From Deltaproteobacteria bacterium (lineage in GTDB: Bacteria; Desulfobacterota_D; UBA1144; Nemesobacterales; CSP1-2), in contig JACPIY010000107.1 of the NCBI GenBank assembly GCA_016187835.1, forward strand, positions 1 through 63,038: a stretch of 63,038 bases of DNA. Direction: 5' to 3'. The translations under genes were made by a program, and so were the position numbers. Positions 39,009-48,874 of the stretch are shown in pieces; position 1 is the first letter of the stretch; the number at the start of each line of letters is the position of its first letter. The notes under the pieces are model-generated. The model had not been told where the DNA came from, did not search any database, and was given only the letters and a program-made list of their open reading frames with translations.

Positions 39009-42000
39009 CTAACTCTGAGATCCTATACGCAGAATCAAATCCCCTGCTTCAACGCTATCTCCGTCAGAAGCAAAAATCTTCCCCACAATACCGTCTTTAA
39101 GTGCTTTAATGTTTGTCTGCATCTTCATAGCCTCAATCACAAATAGAGGCTGCTCACGGTGTACTATATCACCTTCTTTAACAAAGAACCTTACGATCTT
39201 GCCGCTGAGCGGCGCCGCTACTTCCTCAGGATTGGTTGTATCGGCTTTTGGTCGTGCTTGAATCACAGTCCCTGCAGCAGACTTATCAGGAATTCTCACA
39301 GGACGTGACTGGCCGTTTAATTCAAAAAGAAGAGGTCTCCTGCCGTCAGACTCGAGCTCTCCAATAGCAAAAAGCTTAATAATTAGGGTTTTACCTTCTT
39401 CAATCTCAACCTCTACCTCATCACCAGCTTGAATGCCATAGTAAAAAATCGGTGTAGGCACAACCGAGGTATCCCCATAGAGCGTGCGGTGCTTATCAAA
39501 TTCCTCAAACACTCCCGGATAAAGAAGAGCCGATATCAAGTCGTGATTCTTTATCGAATGATCAAGCTGTTTTTCCAACCGCTTCGACGTAGCGTCAAAA
39601 TCCGCCGGGGGAATAAGCTCTCCCGGACGCACCTCGATAGGCTTTTCACCCTTAAGAATAGCTTTTTGCACATCGGGTGGGAATCCACCAGGAGATTGGC
39701 CGAGATTGCCGCGCATCATATCCACAACAGACTCAGGGAAGCTAATCTGGTCGGCTTTTCTTACCACATCATCGGTTGTGAGATTGTTCTGTAATAGAAA
39801 TAGAGCCAGGTCCCCAACTACCTTGGAGGATGGAGTTACTTTAATTATGTCGCCAAAAAGTTGGTTTACATCTGCAAACATGCGTTTCACTTCTTCCCAT
39901 CTTTCCTCCAGCCCCAGCCCACGCGCTTGAGCACGCAGGTTGGTGTACTGTCCGCCAGGGATTTCGTAGAGGTAAACATCAGCGTTTGAAGCCTTCATAT
40001 CGCCTTCAAATGTAGCATAATATTCCCTTACAGCTTCCCAGTAGGCCGAGAGTTTATGCAAGCCTTCTACACTAATCCCCGTGTCTCGTTTCGTTCCTTC
40101 TAAAGCCGCCACCACTGCATTCAGACTCGGCTGAGACGTTTGTCCCGACAGAGCGCTTATAGCGAGATCAACTATGTCTGCTCCGGCTTCGGCGGCTTTT
40201 AGCACAGTAGCCTCCCCATTTCCGCTCGTTGCATGGGTGTGGAAATGAAGAGGGAGCCCCGTTTCTTCTTTTATGGCTCGTACGAGTTTTTCCGCCGCAT
40301 AGGGCTTACAAAGCCCCGCCATATCTTTTATGGCGATAAAATGTGCTCCCATATGTGTAAGCTCTCTTGCAAGGTCAACATAGTACTTGAGCGAATATTT
40401 ATCACGCTTAGGATCGGTAATATCGCCCGTATAACAAATAGCGGGTTCCACTACCTTACCGGTATCGAGTGCGGTTTCTATTGCAACCTTCATGTTGGGA
40501 ATCCAATTAAAGCAATCAAAAATTCGGAATATGTCAATTCCCCAGGAAGCAGCCTCTTTTATGAATTCACGCACGACATTATCAGGATAATTCGCATATC
40601 CAACGGCATTTGCGCCTCGAATGAGCATCTGAAACAAAGCATTCGGCATGGCCTTTCTCAGACGCATTAGACGCTCCCAGGGACACTCCTTGAGAAACCG
40701 CAGACAAACATCAAATGTTGCCCCACCCCACATCTCAAAGGAAAAGATATTCCTCTCAAAGTGAGCGGTAGCTCTGGCTACTCGCAGCATGTCATAGCTT
40801 CTCATACGGGTTGCGAAAAGGGATTGATGGGCGTCTCGAAAAGTAGTGTCAGTGATAAGAAGACGTCTTTGATTTAGAACCCATTTTGACAAACCCTGCG
40901 GGCCTTCCTTCTCAAAAACAAGGCGATGCTCAGGAGGAGGCAATGGCTTATCGCCGTCAATCTCGGGCACACGTGGTCTTACAGGTGGATTTTTTTTCCA
41001 ATGAGGGGGTTGGGAAATTGCCCGGTTTATGGTTGCGTCTCCTATAAAGTTCAAAATCCTCGTCGCCCTGTCGCGCGGTTCTTGAATTTCAAAGATCTCC
41101 GGATGTTCCTCGAGGAAAGTCGTAGTACAGGCCCCGCTGCGGAAAAGAGGATGTCTAATCACATTGAGCAAAAACGGAATATTGGTCTTCACACCGCGTA
41201 TACGAAATTCCTGAAGCGCGCGATCCATTTTGCTTATGCACTGCCCAAATGTAAGTCCCCAGGACGTAACTTTAACGAGCATCGAATCATAGTATGGGGT
41301 GATTGCCGCGCCAGTGTATGCACTTGCCGCGTCAAGCCTTATCCCGAATCCGCCGGGTGAGCGATAGGCAATGATTCGTCCAATGTCGGGTCTAAAATTA
41401 TTTGTCGGGTCCTCTGTTGTGATACGACACTGAAGCGCATAGCCACGGCTCTTTATCCCGGAAGACTTGGTAATACCAATTTCTGGATCGGATAATTTGT
41501 AACCCTCGGCAATGCGAATCTGCGCCTGGACAAGATCAATCCCTGTAATAAGTTCAGTCACCGTGTGTTCAACCTGTATACGGGTATTCATCTCTATAAA
41601 GTAGAAATTCCCCTCTTTATCCACAAGAAACTCCACCGTGCCGGCGCTCGTATAATTCACGGACCGGGCAATCTTGAGGGCTGCTTCATATATATTCTCT
41701 TTTAATTTGGAATCAAATGTAATAGCCGGAGCAAGCTCTGTGACCTTCTGATGCCTTCTCTGCACCGAGCAATCGCGCTCGAAGAGATGAACCGCATTAC
41801 CGTACTTATCCCCTAAAATTTGTACCTCGATGTGTTTTGGATGTTGAACGTACTTTTCAAGGATTATAGCATCACTCCCAAATGCGGCTCGCGCCTCAGA
41901 ACGAGCCTGGACGAGGTTCTCAAGGAGAGATTTACGGTCAAAAGTTGCACGAATCCCTCTTCCTCCACCTCCATGCGCTGCCTTGAGAAGGACAGGATAG

Positions 42001-42509
42001 CCATGGGCTTCGGCAAATTGAATTGCCTCTTCATCGCTGGATATAAAACCTTCTGTTCCAGGCACAATAGGCACTCCAAGACTTGCCGCAAGTCGTCTGG
42101 CTTCCGCTTTATCACCCATAAGAGCAATAGTCTCTGGAGTGGGACCTATAAATACAATTCCTGCATCGGTGCAAGCTTGGGCAAAATCCGTATTTTCAGA
42201 TAAGAAACCATATCCTGGATGTATAGCATCCACGCTCTTCTCACGGGCTATTCGAATAATGCCATTGATATCGAGATAAGCTTCAACTGGCCCTTTATCT
42301 TTACCTATTAGATATGCTTCATCGGCCTTGTTACGGTGGAGAGAAAAAGCATCCTCTTCCGAGTAAATGGCAATGGTTGAAATATCAAGCTCCGTACAGG
42401 CGCGGAAAACACGTATAGCAATCTCCCCTCGGTTTGCCACCATGACTCTATGAAATGGGCGTATCAATCTCTTTCTGGCAGCTTGTCTGCTCATCCTTTT
42501 TTCTCCCAT
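39009..42509 (-). CDS. pyc: Pyruvate carboxylase
   Basis: ANRGEIA biotin carboxylase domain, RDAHQSL and WGGATFDV carboxyltransferase domain, EAMKM biotinylation site. Confidence 0.98.
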   Translation of the reverse strand: MGEKRMSRQAARKRLIRPFHRVMVANRGEIAIRVFRACTELDISTIAIYSEEDAFSLHRNKADEAYLIGKDKGPVEAYLDINGIIRIAREKSVDAIHPGYGFLSENTDFAQACTDAGIVFIGPTPETIALMGDKAEARRLAASLGVPIVPGTEGFISSDEEAIQFAEAHGYPVLLKAAHGGGGRGIRATFDRKSLLENLVQARSEARAAFGSDAIILEKYVQHPKHIEVQILGDKYGNAVHLFERDCSVQRRHQKVTELAPAITFDSKLKENIYEAALKIARSVNYTSAGTVEFLVDKEGNFYFIEMNTRIQVEHTVTELITGIDLVQAQIRIAEGYKLSDPEIGITKSSGIKSRGYALQCRITTEDPTNNFRPDIGRIIAYRSPGGFGIRLDAASAYTGAAITPYYDSMLVKVTSWGLTFGQCISKMDRALQEFRIRGVKTNIPFLLNVIRHPLFRSGACTTTFLEEHPEIFEIQEPRDRATRILNFIGDATINRAISQPPHWKKNPPVRPRVPEIDGDKPLPPPEHRLVFEKEGPQGLSKWVLNQRRLLITDTTFRDAHQSLFATRMRSYDMLRVARATAHFERNIFSFEMWGGATFDVCLRFLKECPWERLMRLRKAMPNALFQMLIRGANAVGYANYPDNVVREFIKEAASWGIDIFRIFDCFNWIPNMKVAIETALDTGKVVEPAICYTGDITDPKRDKYSLKYYVDLARELTHMGAHFIAIKDMAGLCKPYAAEKLVRAIKEETGLPLHFHTHATSGNGEATVLKAAEAGADIVDLAISALSGQTSQPSLNAVVAALEGTKRDTGISVEGLHKLSAYWEAVREYYATFEGDMKASNADVYLYEIPGGQYTNLRAQARGLGLEERWEEVKRMFADVNQLFGDIIKVTPSSKVVGDLALFLLQNNLTTDDVVRKADQISFPESVVDMMRGNLGQSPGGFPPDVQKAILKGEKPIEVRPGELIPPADFDATSKRLEKQLDHSIKNHDLISALLYPGVFEEFDKHRTLYGDTSVVPTPIFYYGIQAGDEVEVEIEEGKTLIIKLFAIGELESDGRRPLLFELNGQSRPVRIPDKSAAGTVIQARPKADTTNPEEVAAPLSGKIVRFFVKEGDIVHREQPLFVIEAMKMQTNIKALKDGIVGKIFASDGDSVEAGDLILRIGSQS

Positions 42510-42807
42510 TCAACGATTTCTGAAGAAGTATTCAGGTGTCCTTTTCTCTAAAATATTTATCCAGGTCGTTTATTATACAATTTTTTAGAGTATTTTGAAG
42601 TTTTCCAAAGTGTAATATCAAGAATCTTCTAATTTTCGATAAAATTGGGGATGAGACGTTGTTAAGAATTTGACCTGAAATAAATAATTTCAAAACCATC
42701 AAATTCGATTTTTCTCAATTTTTATCCTCTGAAAGCCTCTTTACTGTACAGCCGAGCAGGAACTCCTGTTGACTTTAGTTATGGAGACCAATTACACTTA
42801 ATTTTAA

Positions 42808-43791
42808 ATGCTTTTTCCTATCTATCGTCCACGAAGACTAAGAAGGAACGAAATCATCCGTGCGATTATTCGGGAAACCGAGCTTTCCGTATGGGATTTC
42901 GTATATCCCATGTTTGTTGTGCCGGGCAAAAAGGTAAAACAAGAAATTAGCTCGATGCCTGGCATCTTTAGGCAGTCTATTGACAATATTACGGAAGAGA
43001 TAAAGGAAACGAGAGAACTCGGTATAAACGCTATCCTTCTCTTTGGCATTCCCGAAAAGAAAGACGAACTCGGCTCAGGCAGCTATGACGAAAACGGAAT
43101 CATACAAATGGCATTGAGAAAAATCAAAGAAGAGATCAAAGAGGTTCTTTTAATTACTGACGTTTGTATGTGCGAATACACAAGCCATGGTCACTGCGGC
43201 ATTATAGAGAACGGTGAAGTTCAAAATGACAAAACGCTTCAATATCTTGCAAGAATTGCACTTTCTCATGCAAAAGCCGGAGCAGACATAATAGCGCCAT
43301 CCGACATGATGGATGGACGAGTAAGTGCAATTAGAGAAGCACTGGATGCAAACGGATTTGAGAATATAGCAATAATGTCTTACTCAGCCAAGTACTCTTC
43401 CGCTTTTTATGGCCCGTTTAGAGAAGCCGCCGAATCAACGCCTCAATTTGGCAACAGGCGAGGATACCAGATGGATCCTGCCAACGTAAGAGAGGCTTTA
43501 AGAGAAATCGCCCTCGACATTGAAGAGGGAGCAGACATTGTAATGGTAAAGCCTGCCCTCTCTTACCTTGATGTTATAAAAGCAGCAAGAGAGGAGTTCA
43601 ATCATCCGCTCGCCGCATACAATGTCAGTGGGGAATATTCAATGGTAAAAGCCGCAGGAAGGCTCGGCTGGATTGATGAGGCTCAAGTAATGATGGAGAT
43701 TCTCACGAGTATAAAACGAGCGGGGGCGGATATCATAATTACATATTTTGCAAAGGAAGCGGCAAAGATTTTAAACTCGTTGAGAAGATAG
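42808..43791 (+). CDS. hemB: Porphobilinogen synthase
   Basis: [41 protein letters not shown]. Confidence 0.98.
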   Translation: MLFPIYRPRRLRRNEIIRAIIRETELSVWDFVYPMFVVPGKKVKQEISSMPGIFRQSIDNITEEIKETRELGINAILLFGIPEKKDELGSGSYDENGIIQMALRKIKEEIKEVLLITDVCMCEYTSHGHCGIIENGEVQNDKTLQYLARIALSHAKAGADIIAPSDMMDGRVSAIREALDANGFENIAIMSYSAKYSSAFYGPFREAAESTPQFGNRRGYQMDPANVREALREIALDIEEGADIVMVKPALSYLDVIKAAREEFNHPLAAYNVSGEYSMVKAAGRLGWIDEAQVMMEILTSIKRAGADIIITYFAKEAAKILNSLRR

Positions 43792-43815
43792 GACACGAAA
43801 AAGAAGAACTATAAA

Positions 43816-43890
43816 GTAGGAGCGGCTTCCAGCCGCGATTTGATCGCACCAAGCTTGTCCTGAGTTTAATCGAAGGGATGGTGCTCCTAC
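43816..43890. repeat. GTAG-REP doublet with a nested mini-element
   Basis: GTAGGAGCGGCTTCCAGCCGCGAT...ATCGCACCAAG[CTTGTCCTGAGTTTAATCGAAGG]GATGGTGCTCCTAC. Confidence 0.75.
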
Positions 43891-43951
43891 AAATGAACTC
43901 CAAAATGATAGAAGTAGACTTTACCACCTAGTTACTGGAATGAAATAACTT

Positions 43952-44137
43952 ATGAAAAACACCACCTATAAAGTCGTTGAGGTCACAACCGTAACAGATG
44001 AGGAGCTGGAACGGGTATTAAATGAATGGACTGAGAAAGGATGGAGTTTAGATACTATTCAATTCGCTATGAGGGAATCCTCAAAAAGACCGGCTATGGC
44101 GTTTGTGATTTTTACAAGAAGTGAAGAAGCTGCTTAA
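43952..44137 (+). CDS. DUF4177-like small protein
   Basis: YKVVEV...LE..LNEW...GWSL pattern. Confidence 0.75.
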   Translation: MKNTTYKVVEVTTVTDEELERVLNEWTEKGWSLDTIQFAMRESSKRPAMAFVIFTRSEEAA

Positions 44138-44155
44138 AGTTAAGTTAAACAATCA

Positions 44156-44599
44156 TCACTTAGGACTGTCGATAACATTATTCCAATTTATTAGAACTAA
44201 GCCAATTACTATAAGAACGATGCCGGCAAGTCGCGGAAGGGTTATTGCCTCTCTAAGAAAAATGGAAGCGTAAAGGGCAGTAAATAGTGGGAAGGTAGCC
44301 GCGATAGGAACTATCTTGGTAGTCAGGTCCTGTTTGAGAGCTACAAAGTAAATAAACAATCCGACGATTCCACCCAAAATTCCGGCAAGAATTATCCACA
44401 AGAAAGTCTTACCATCAACGGTACTAAACTCTCTATACTTGCCGGTTATCAACGATATGGTGACAACTATGGTAGTTGTAAATAAAAATCGTAAAGTAAT
44501 GACAGTAAGAGGAGAAGCCTTTGCCAAACTCAGTTTTTCAAATATAGGAGTCATGCCCCATATAGACGCTACAAGTAAAGCCAAAGCCGCTGTTTTCAT
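44156..44599 (-). CDS. EamA-family single-repeat membrane transporter
   Basis: Five hydrophobic helices; WG..PIFEK, PLFTAL...FLREAIT...GIVLIVIG. Confidence 0.85.
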   Translation of the reverse strand: MKTAALALLVASIWGMTPIFEKLSLAKASPLTVITLRFLFTTTIVVTISLITGKYREFSTVDGKTFLWIILAGILGGIVGLFIYFVALKQDLTTKIVPIAATFPLFTALYASIFLREAITLPRLAGIVLIVIGLVLINWNNVIDSPK

Positions 44600-44633
44600 A
44601 ACTTACCTCCAAAACCCTGTATTTTACTCTACA

Positions 44634-44759
44634 TGTCATTGCGAGGAGTGAAACGACGAAGCAATCTATTTAGATTCCTCACTGCGTTCGGAATGACACC
44701 CTGTGTCTGATTGCTTCGCGGAGTTTACACCAAGCATGGCGAACGTGCCCGCAATGACA
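44634..44759. repeat. Composite nested palindromic element, copy 2
   Basis: TGTCATTGCGAGGAG..CGACGAAGCAATC..AGATTCCTCACTGCGTTCGGAATGACA..GATTGCTTCGCGGAGTTTACAC..GCAATGACA; same architecture as 34373-34545. Confidence 0.85.
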
Positions 44760-44777
44760 ATTATCACAACTGAGATG

Positions 44778-45494
44778 TTAACCATCACCATCGACAAAGC
44801 CTATAACCTCGGTCAAGCTTTCTATTCTATGCACATCGTTCCTGCTTTTATACTTCCCTTTCTTATCCAGCAAAATAACCCTAATCCCCACTGAGTTAGC
44901 TCCGTAAAAATCATATTCGAGGCTATCGCCTATGTGAATGCACTCGGATGGAGATACCTTGCTTTTGCTAAGAGCCAAGGAGAATATCTCAGGTGAAGGT
45001 TTTGAGAACCCCACTTCACTGGATATTACAAAGGAATCAAAGTAGTCTATGATCCCCAGATCAGTGCATACGTCATAAACTCTGGTGTCGAAATTTGATA
45101 TTATGCCCAATATCAATCCTCTCGCTTTAAGGAGCGATAAAACTTCCTTTGTTTCTGGAAATAGCTCCCATGCCTTGCTTCTAAACGTTTCAAAAAGCTC
45201 CTCGAAGTAGTCGTCAAATCGCTCAAACATACCCACTTCTGAAAAAACGTTTCTCACAACCTCATACCACCATTTCTTCTCATTGACTTTCCTATCTTCT
45301 GGAGAAAAGCCCGCAAAAGTTAGAGGAGGGGCAGATTTAAAAGCCCTGCTGAAGGCTTTTTCTATCGTCTCAGGTGTAGAGTTGGCGCCGTATTTTTTTG
45401 CCACACTCCAGTACTGGTTTCCTACTCCACCTTTAATATGAAAAAGTGTATCCGCAGCATCAAAAAAAACGGCTTTAACTCGGTTCTTGTCCAT
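44778..45494 (-). CDS. HAD-superfamily hydrolase (HAD-IA, REG-2-like)
   Basis: FFDAADTL, ISNFD, KPSPEIF, HIGDS..D; likely start ATG 45494. Confidence 0.9.
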   Translation of the reverse strand: MDKNRVKAVFFDAADTLFHIKGGVGNQYWSVAKKYGANSTPETIEKAFSRAFKSAPPLTFAGFSPEDRKVNEKKWWYEVVRNVFSEVGMFERFDDYFEELFETFRSKAWELFPETKEVLSLLKARGLILGIISNFDTRVYDVCTDLGIIDYFDSFVISSEVGFSKPSPEIFSLALSKSKVSPSECIHIGDSLEYDFYGANSVGIRVILLDKKGKYKSRNDVHRIESLTEVIGFVDGDG

Positions 45495-45557
45495 TACTAT
45501 CCTCTTTGAATAAAAAGCATCTTTAATATACACTCTATTTTTGTAAGGAGTAACAAA

Positions 45558-45956
45558 TTGAGAAAAATCAAACAAAGCCACAGAATCATCGCCATACTAG
45601 ACGACCTCTTTTTCTATTCAAAAATAAGAGAGGCGGCAAAGCCTCTCAACTTAGAATTAGAGTTTATAAAAAACCCCAATGGGCTAAGCCAAAAAATAAA
45701 ATCTGAAAAACCCTCCCTCCTCATATTTGATCTTAACTCGAAATCCTGCAATCCTCTGCAAATCATAAAAGACCTTAAGTCTTCGCCTGAGCTAAAGAAC
45801 ATTCCCATTCTCGGCTACCTGTCCCATGTTCAAACAGAATTAAAAGAGAAAGCCGTCGAAGCAGGATGCGACCTCGTGCTTCCTAGGTCAAGGCTTTCTA
45901 AGGATTTGAGGGAGATTTTAATGAGGTATTCAAGATATGGTTTGAAGAATTCTTAA
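45558..45956 (+). CDS. Stand-alone response regulator receiver-domain protein
   Basis: DDLFF, KPSLLIFDL, IPILG, AVEAGCDLV receiver-fold pattern. Confidence 0.75.
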   Translation: MRKIKQSHRIIAILDDLFFYSKIREAAKPLNLELEFIKNPNGLSQKIKSEKPSLLIFDLNSKSCNPLQIIKDLKSSPELKNIPILGYLSHVQTELKEKAVEAGCDLVLPRSRLSKDLREILMRYSRYGLKNS

Positions 45957-45980
45957 ATTAGATGGATTCAGAGTTGAACA

Positions 45981-46763
45981 ATGAATAGTGTCGTTGTATC
46001 CGGTATTCCAACAATCATGGTGCGAATTTATTATTCTTCTTACCATTTATGGGCTGCTGAACATTTTTATCAACTAGCTGGGGAAATTGAGGATGCACAT
46101 GAAGGACGATCTCGTTTTGATATTAAACATAGAGCCTATGTTACAAACACTATTCTATCATCGGTTGCATTCTTAGAAGCAGCTATTAATGAAGTGTTTC
46201 AAGATGCATTCGATAATTATCTAATTTACATTGGAAGTCTTAGCGTTGAAACTCGTAAAATTCTAGCCGATTTTTGGGACATGACGGAAGCCGATAACAA
46301 GTCTTTTGTATCAATCCTTGACAAATACCAGCTTGCACTACGTTTTGCTGGAATGGAACCGTTCAATAAAGGTGAAAATCCTTATCAAGACGCCAACTTA
46401 GTTGTCAAAATAAGAAACACGCTCATACACTATAAACCTCAATTATTAGGAGGTGAAAATATTCATCAACTTGAAGCCAAGTTAAAAGGGAAATTTCCTG
46501 AAAACAAGCTTATGTCTGGCTCAGCTGGTAATCCATATTTTCCAGATAAAGCATTAGGAAAAGGCTGCGCAGAGTGGACAGTGAAGTCAGTGCTAATCTT
46601 TGCAAATGGCTTCTTCTTAAGGATGGGTGTAATACCTCATTATAAAAAGGTAGAATTCACTAAACCTATAGCTGAGAAATTACCTAGGGATAAGTTAATA
46701 GTTCATTTTATTTTTTCCCTAAGTTTTGTAGCATTATCCTTCTCATATCCCAAATTCGGCTGA
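45981..46763 (+). CDS. Predicted HEPN-domain protein
   Basis: AFLEAAINE helix plus RNTLIH (Rx4H) motif; the C-terminal tail runs antisense into a metH 3'-end copy. Confidence 0.7.
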   Translation: MNSVVVSGIPTIMVRIYYSSYHLWAAEHFYQLAGEIEDAHEGRSRFDIKHRAYVTNTILSSVAFLEAAINEVFQDAFDNYLIYIGSLSVETRKILADFWDMTEADNKSFVSILDKYQLALRFAGMEPFNKGENPYQDANLVVKIRNTLIHYKPQLLGGENIHQLEAKLKGKFPENKLMSGSAGNPYFPDKALGKGCAEWTVKSVLIFANGFFLRMGVIPHYKKVEFTKPIAEKLPRDKLIVHFIFSLSFVALSFSYPKFG

Positions 46764-46876
46764 AGCCATTTTTCAACCTCTTCGATAGGCATATTCTTGC
46801 GTCTGGCGTAGTCCTCAACCTGATCTCGGTCTATTTGACCCACACGGAAATACTCCGTTCTGGGTCTGCGAAATAC
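46703..46876 (-). pseudogene. metH 3'-end duplicate, copy 1
   Basis: Aligns to 48890-49024; reads YFADPE-(1-nt deletion)[50 protein letters not shown]. Confidence 0.92.
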
Positions 46877-46948
46877 AAACGATTTAAAAACTTGTATGGA
46901 ACTGATTTTGTTTGTAAATTATAACTTCAACGGGTAAGTTAACTATTT

Positions 46949-47179
46949 ATGAAGCTAACGATAGAATTACCAGAAATTAAACCTCTTTCCGATTTGGATG
47001 ATGCATATTTGAAAGAAATGTTGATAGCTACTCTTTATCATGTTGGAAAGCTTTCGGCAAAAGAGGCCTCTATGATCCTGGATAAAACGAGGCGAGAGTT
47101 TGAAGAAATGCTACCTAAATTTGGTTTCTCGGTGCTTAATGATTCCCAAGAGAATATTGATATAGAGCTAAATGCGTAG
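46949..47179 (+). CDS. UPF0175-family putative antitoxin
   Basis: LY..GKLS..EA..IL..TRREFEE.L pattern; directly upstream of a DUF3368 PIN gene. Confidence 0.8.
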   Translation: MKLTIELPEIKPLSDLDDAYLKEMLIATLYHVGKLSAKEASMILDKTRREFEEMLPKFGFSVLNDSQENIDIELNA

Positions 47180-47184
47180 ATTCT

Positions 47185-47682
47185 ATGTCGAAAGCAATAG
47201 TCAGCGACACAAGTCCGCTCATATCTCTTGAGAAGATTAGCGGTGGTTTCAACTTTATCCGCAAGTTATATGATAAGGTTTTTATTCCACCAGCAGTATT
47301 AGAAGAACTGTCCAAAGGAAGTTTTTCAGACCCTGTAAAGTACCTGAAGAAATACAAGATAGAAGAACTGGTTGAAGTCAAACCCGTTTCAACAATTTCT
47401 GAGATTCCTGACATTGACCGATTAGATGAAGGAGAAAAGCAAGCTATCTCATTGGCTTATCAGTTGAATTTACCGTTATTAATCGAGGAAACAATGGGTC
47501 GTAGAATTGCGCTATCAGCCGGTATTCATATTTCAGGGATTGCAGGTCAGATTGTTAAAGCGTACAGAGAAAAAATTATTGAACGAACAGGAGCGACTCA
47601 TAAATTAAAAGAACTTTTTCAGTCCGGGCGCATCAGTAAAAAGCTTTATGATGCATTATCAGTTGCACTAGAACGTTCATAA
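47185..47682 (+). CDS. DUF3368-family PIN-domain protein (putative toxin)
   Basis: IVSDTSPLI, IPPAVLEEL, LDEGEKQAISLA, LLIEE..GRRIA. Confidence 0.85.
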   Translation: MSKAIVSDTSPLISLEKISGGFNFIRKLYDKVFIPPAVLEELSKGSFSDPVKYLKKYKIEELVEVKPVSTISEIPDIDRLDEGEKQAISLAYQLNLPLLIEETMGRRIALSAGIHISGIAGQIVKAYREKIIERTGATHKLKELFQSGRISKKLYDALSVALERS

Positions 47683-47810
47683 CCCAAATTCGGCTGAAGC
47701 CATTTTTCGACTTCTTGAATAGACATTCCCCTGCGTTGAACGCAGTCATTTACCTCATCGCGGTCTATTCAAACAATATGGAGGTATTTCTATTTAAGGT
47801 GGGCAAAGTA
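47676..47810 (-). pseudogene. metH 3'-end duplicate, copy 2
   Basis: Aligns without indels to 48890-49024; reads [43 protein letters not shown]. Confidence 0.9.
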
Positions 47811-47980
47811 AAAGGGTATTTAGAAATCTCCAGTAACCAAGCCTGTTAATTCATCACTATTTATAGAAACAGAGGACAAAGGACAAGAACTCTCGATGTA
47901 GTTAATACTGGACTTTCCTATTTATCAGTACAGAGGTAATATTGATATACAATGAGATCAAATAAAAAAAGGGTTATGCC

Positions 47981-48177
47981 ATGTATAAAATAGAATACGA
48001 AGGTAAGGACATAGTAATAAGGTTTGATAAAAACTCCCTTATGAATCTGCTTGAGTACATAGAAATTGAGCAAATCCGTAAAAAAGCAAGATTACAGAAA
48101 AGCAAGCAAAGCGTTTAGCTAAGGAAATCAATCAAAAAGTATGGGATAAGCTGAAAGGGAAATTCATTGAGGAGTAA
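47981..48177 (+). pseudogene. Frameshifted small putative antitoxin upstream of the PIN gene
   Basis: ATG 47981 MYKIEYEGKDIVIRF...IRKK; adding one A to the A6 run (48080-48085) continues SKITEKQAKRLAKEINQKVWDKLKGKFIEE* with the stop abutting the PIN TTG start. Confidence 0.7.
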
Positions 48178-48579
48178 TTGAACGAGAATAAACCCGTTAT
48201 TGTTGATACCAATATTCTTATATCCATTCTGCTCAGAAAGAAATCTACATTTCTTGAAACCTTAAGGTCTGCTAAATATCAATTCTATATTTGTGAATCA
48301 ACTATCATTGAGCTATTCAAACACAAAGATAGGATCATAGAGTACAGCGAATTATCAGAAGACAAGATTACCAAAGTTTACTACTTCCTTTTGAAAAGAG
48401 TTAATATCTTTAAAGAAGATTTGATTGAGAAATCCAATTGGGAAAGAGCCTATAAACTGTGTAAAGATGTAGATGAGACAGATACGCCTTTTGTCGCTTT
48501 GACATTGGAGTTAAACGGTTTGCTTTATTCAGGTGACAAGAAACTCAAAAATCATCTGAAAAGAAAAGGTTTAATTTGA
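48178..48579 (+). CDS. PIN-domain protein (putative toxin)
   Basis: VIVDTNILIS, ELFKH, DVDETDTPFVALTL, SGDKKL. Confidence 0.88.
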   Translation: MNENKPVIVDTNILISILLRKKSTFLETLRSAKYQFYICESTIIELFKHKDRIIEYSELSEDKITKVYYFLLKRVNIFKEDLIEKSNWERAYKLCKDVDETDTPFVALTLELNGLLYSGDKKLKNHLKRKGLI

Positions 48580-48636
48580 CCAAATAGACAACGTGGAGGT
48601 AAGTCTCACCCAGTTTAATAATTCCTATCAAGTAAC

Positions 48637-48800
48637 TGTCATTCGACCGAAGGGAGAAATCTTTGCCTTCGACATAACCTGAAAACAAAGAAGATTCCTC
48701 ACGTACGTTCGGAATGACACCTTTTTCAGATTGCTTCGCGGAGTTTATTCCTTCGCTTTGCTCAGGACGGGCTCTGAGGTATCGAAGTGACCAGAGTGAT
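48637..48800. repeat. Composite nested palindromic element, copy 3 (degenerate)
   Basis: TGTCATTCG..., AGATTCCTCACGTACGTTCGGAATGACA, GATTGCTTCGCGGAGTTTA and a nested CCTTCGCTTTGCTCAGGACGGGCT. Confidence 0.75.
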
Positions 48801-48874
48801 AGCCTTGAGAATTTTGACAGAGGGTGAAAATCGTGCTTACATTGTCCGACGGAATAAATCTTGATTATTACACT

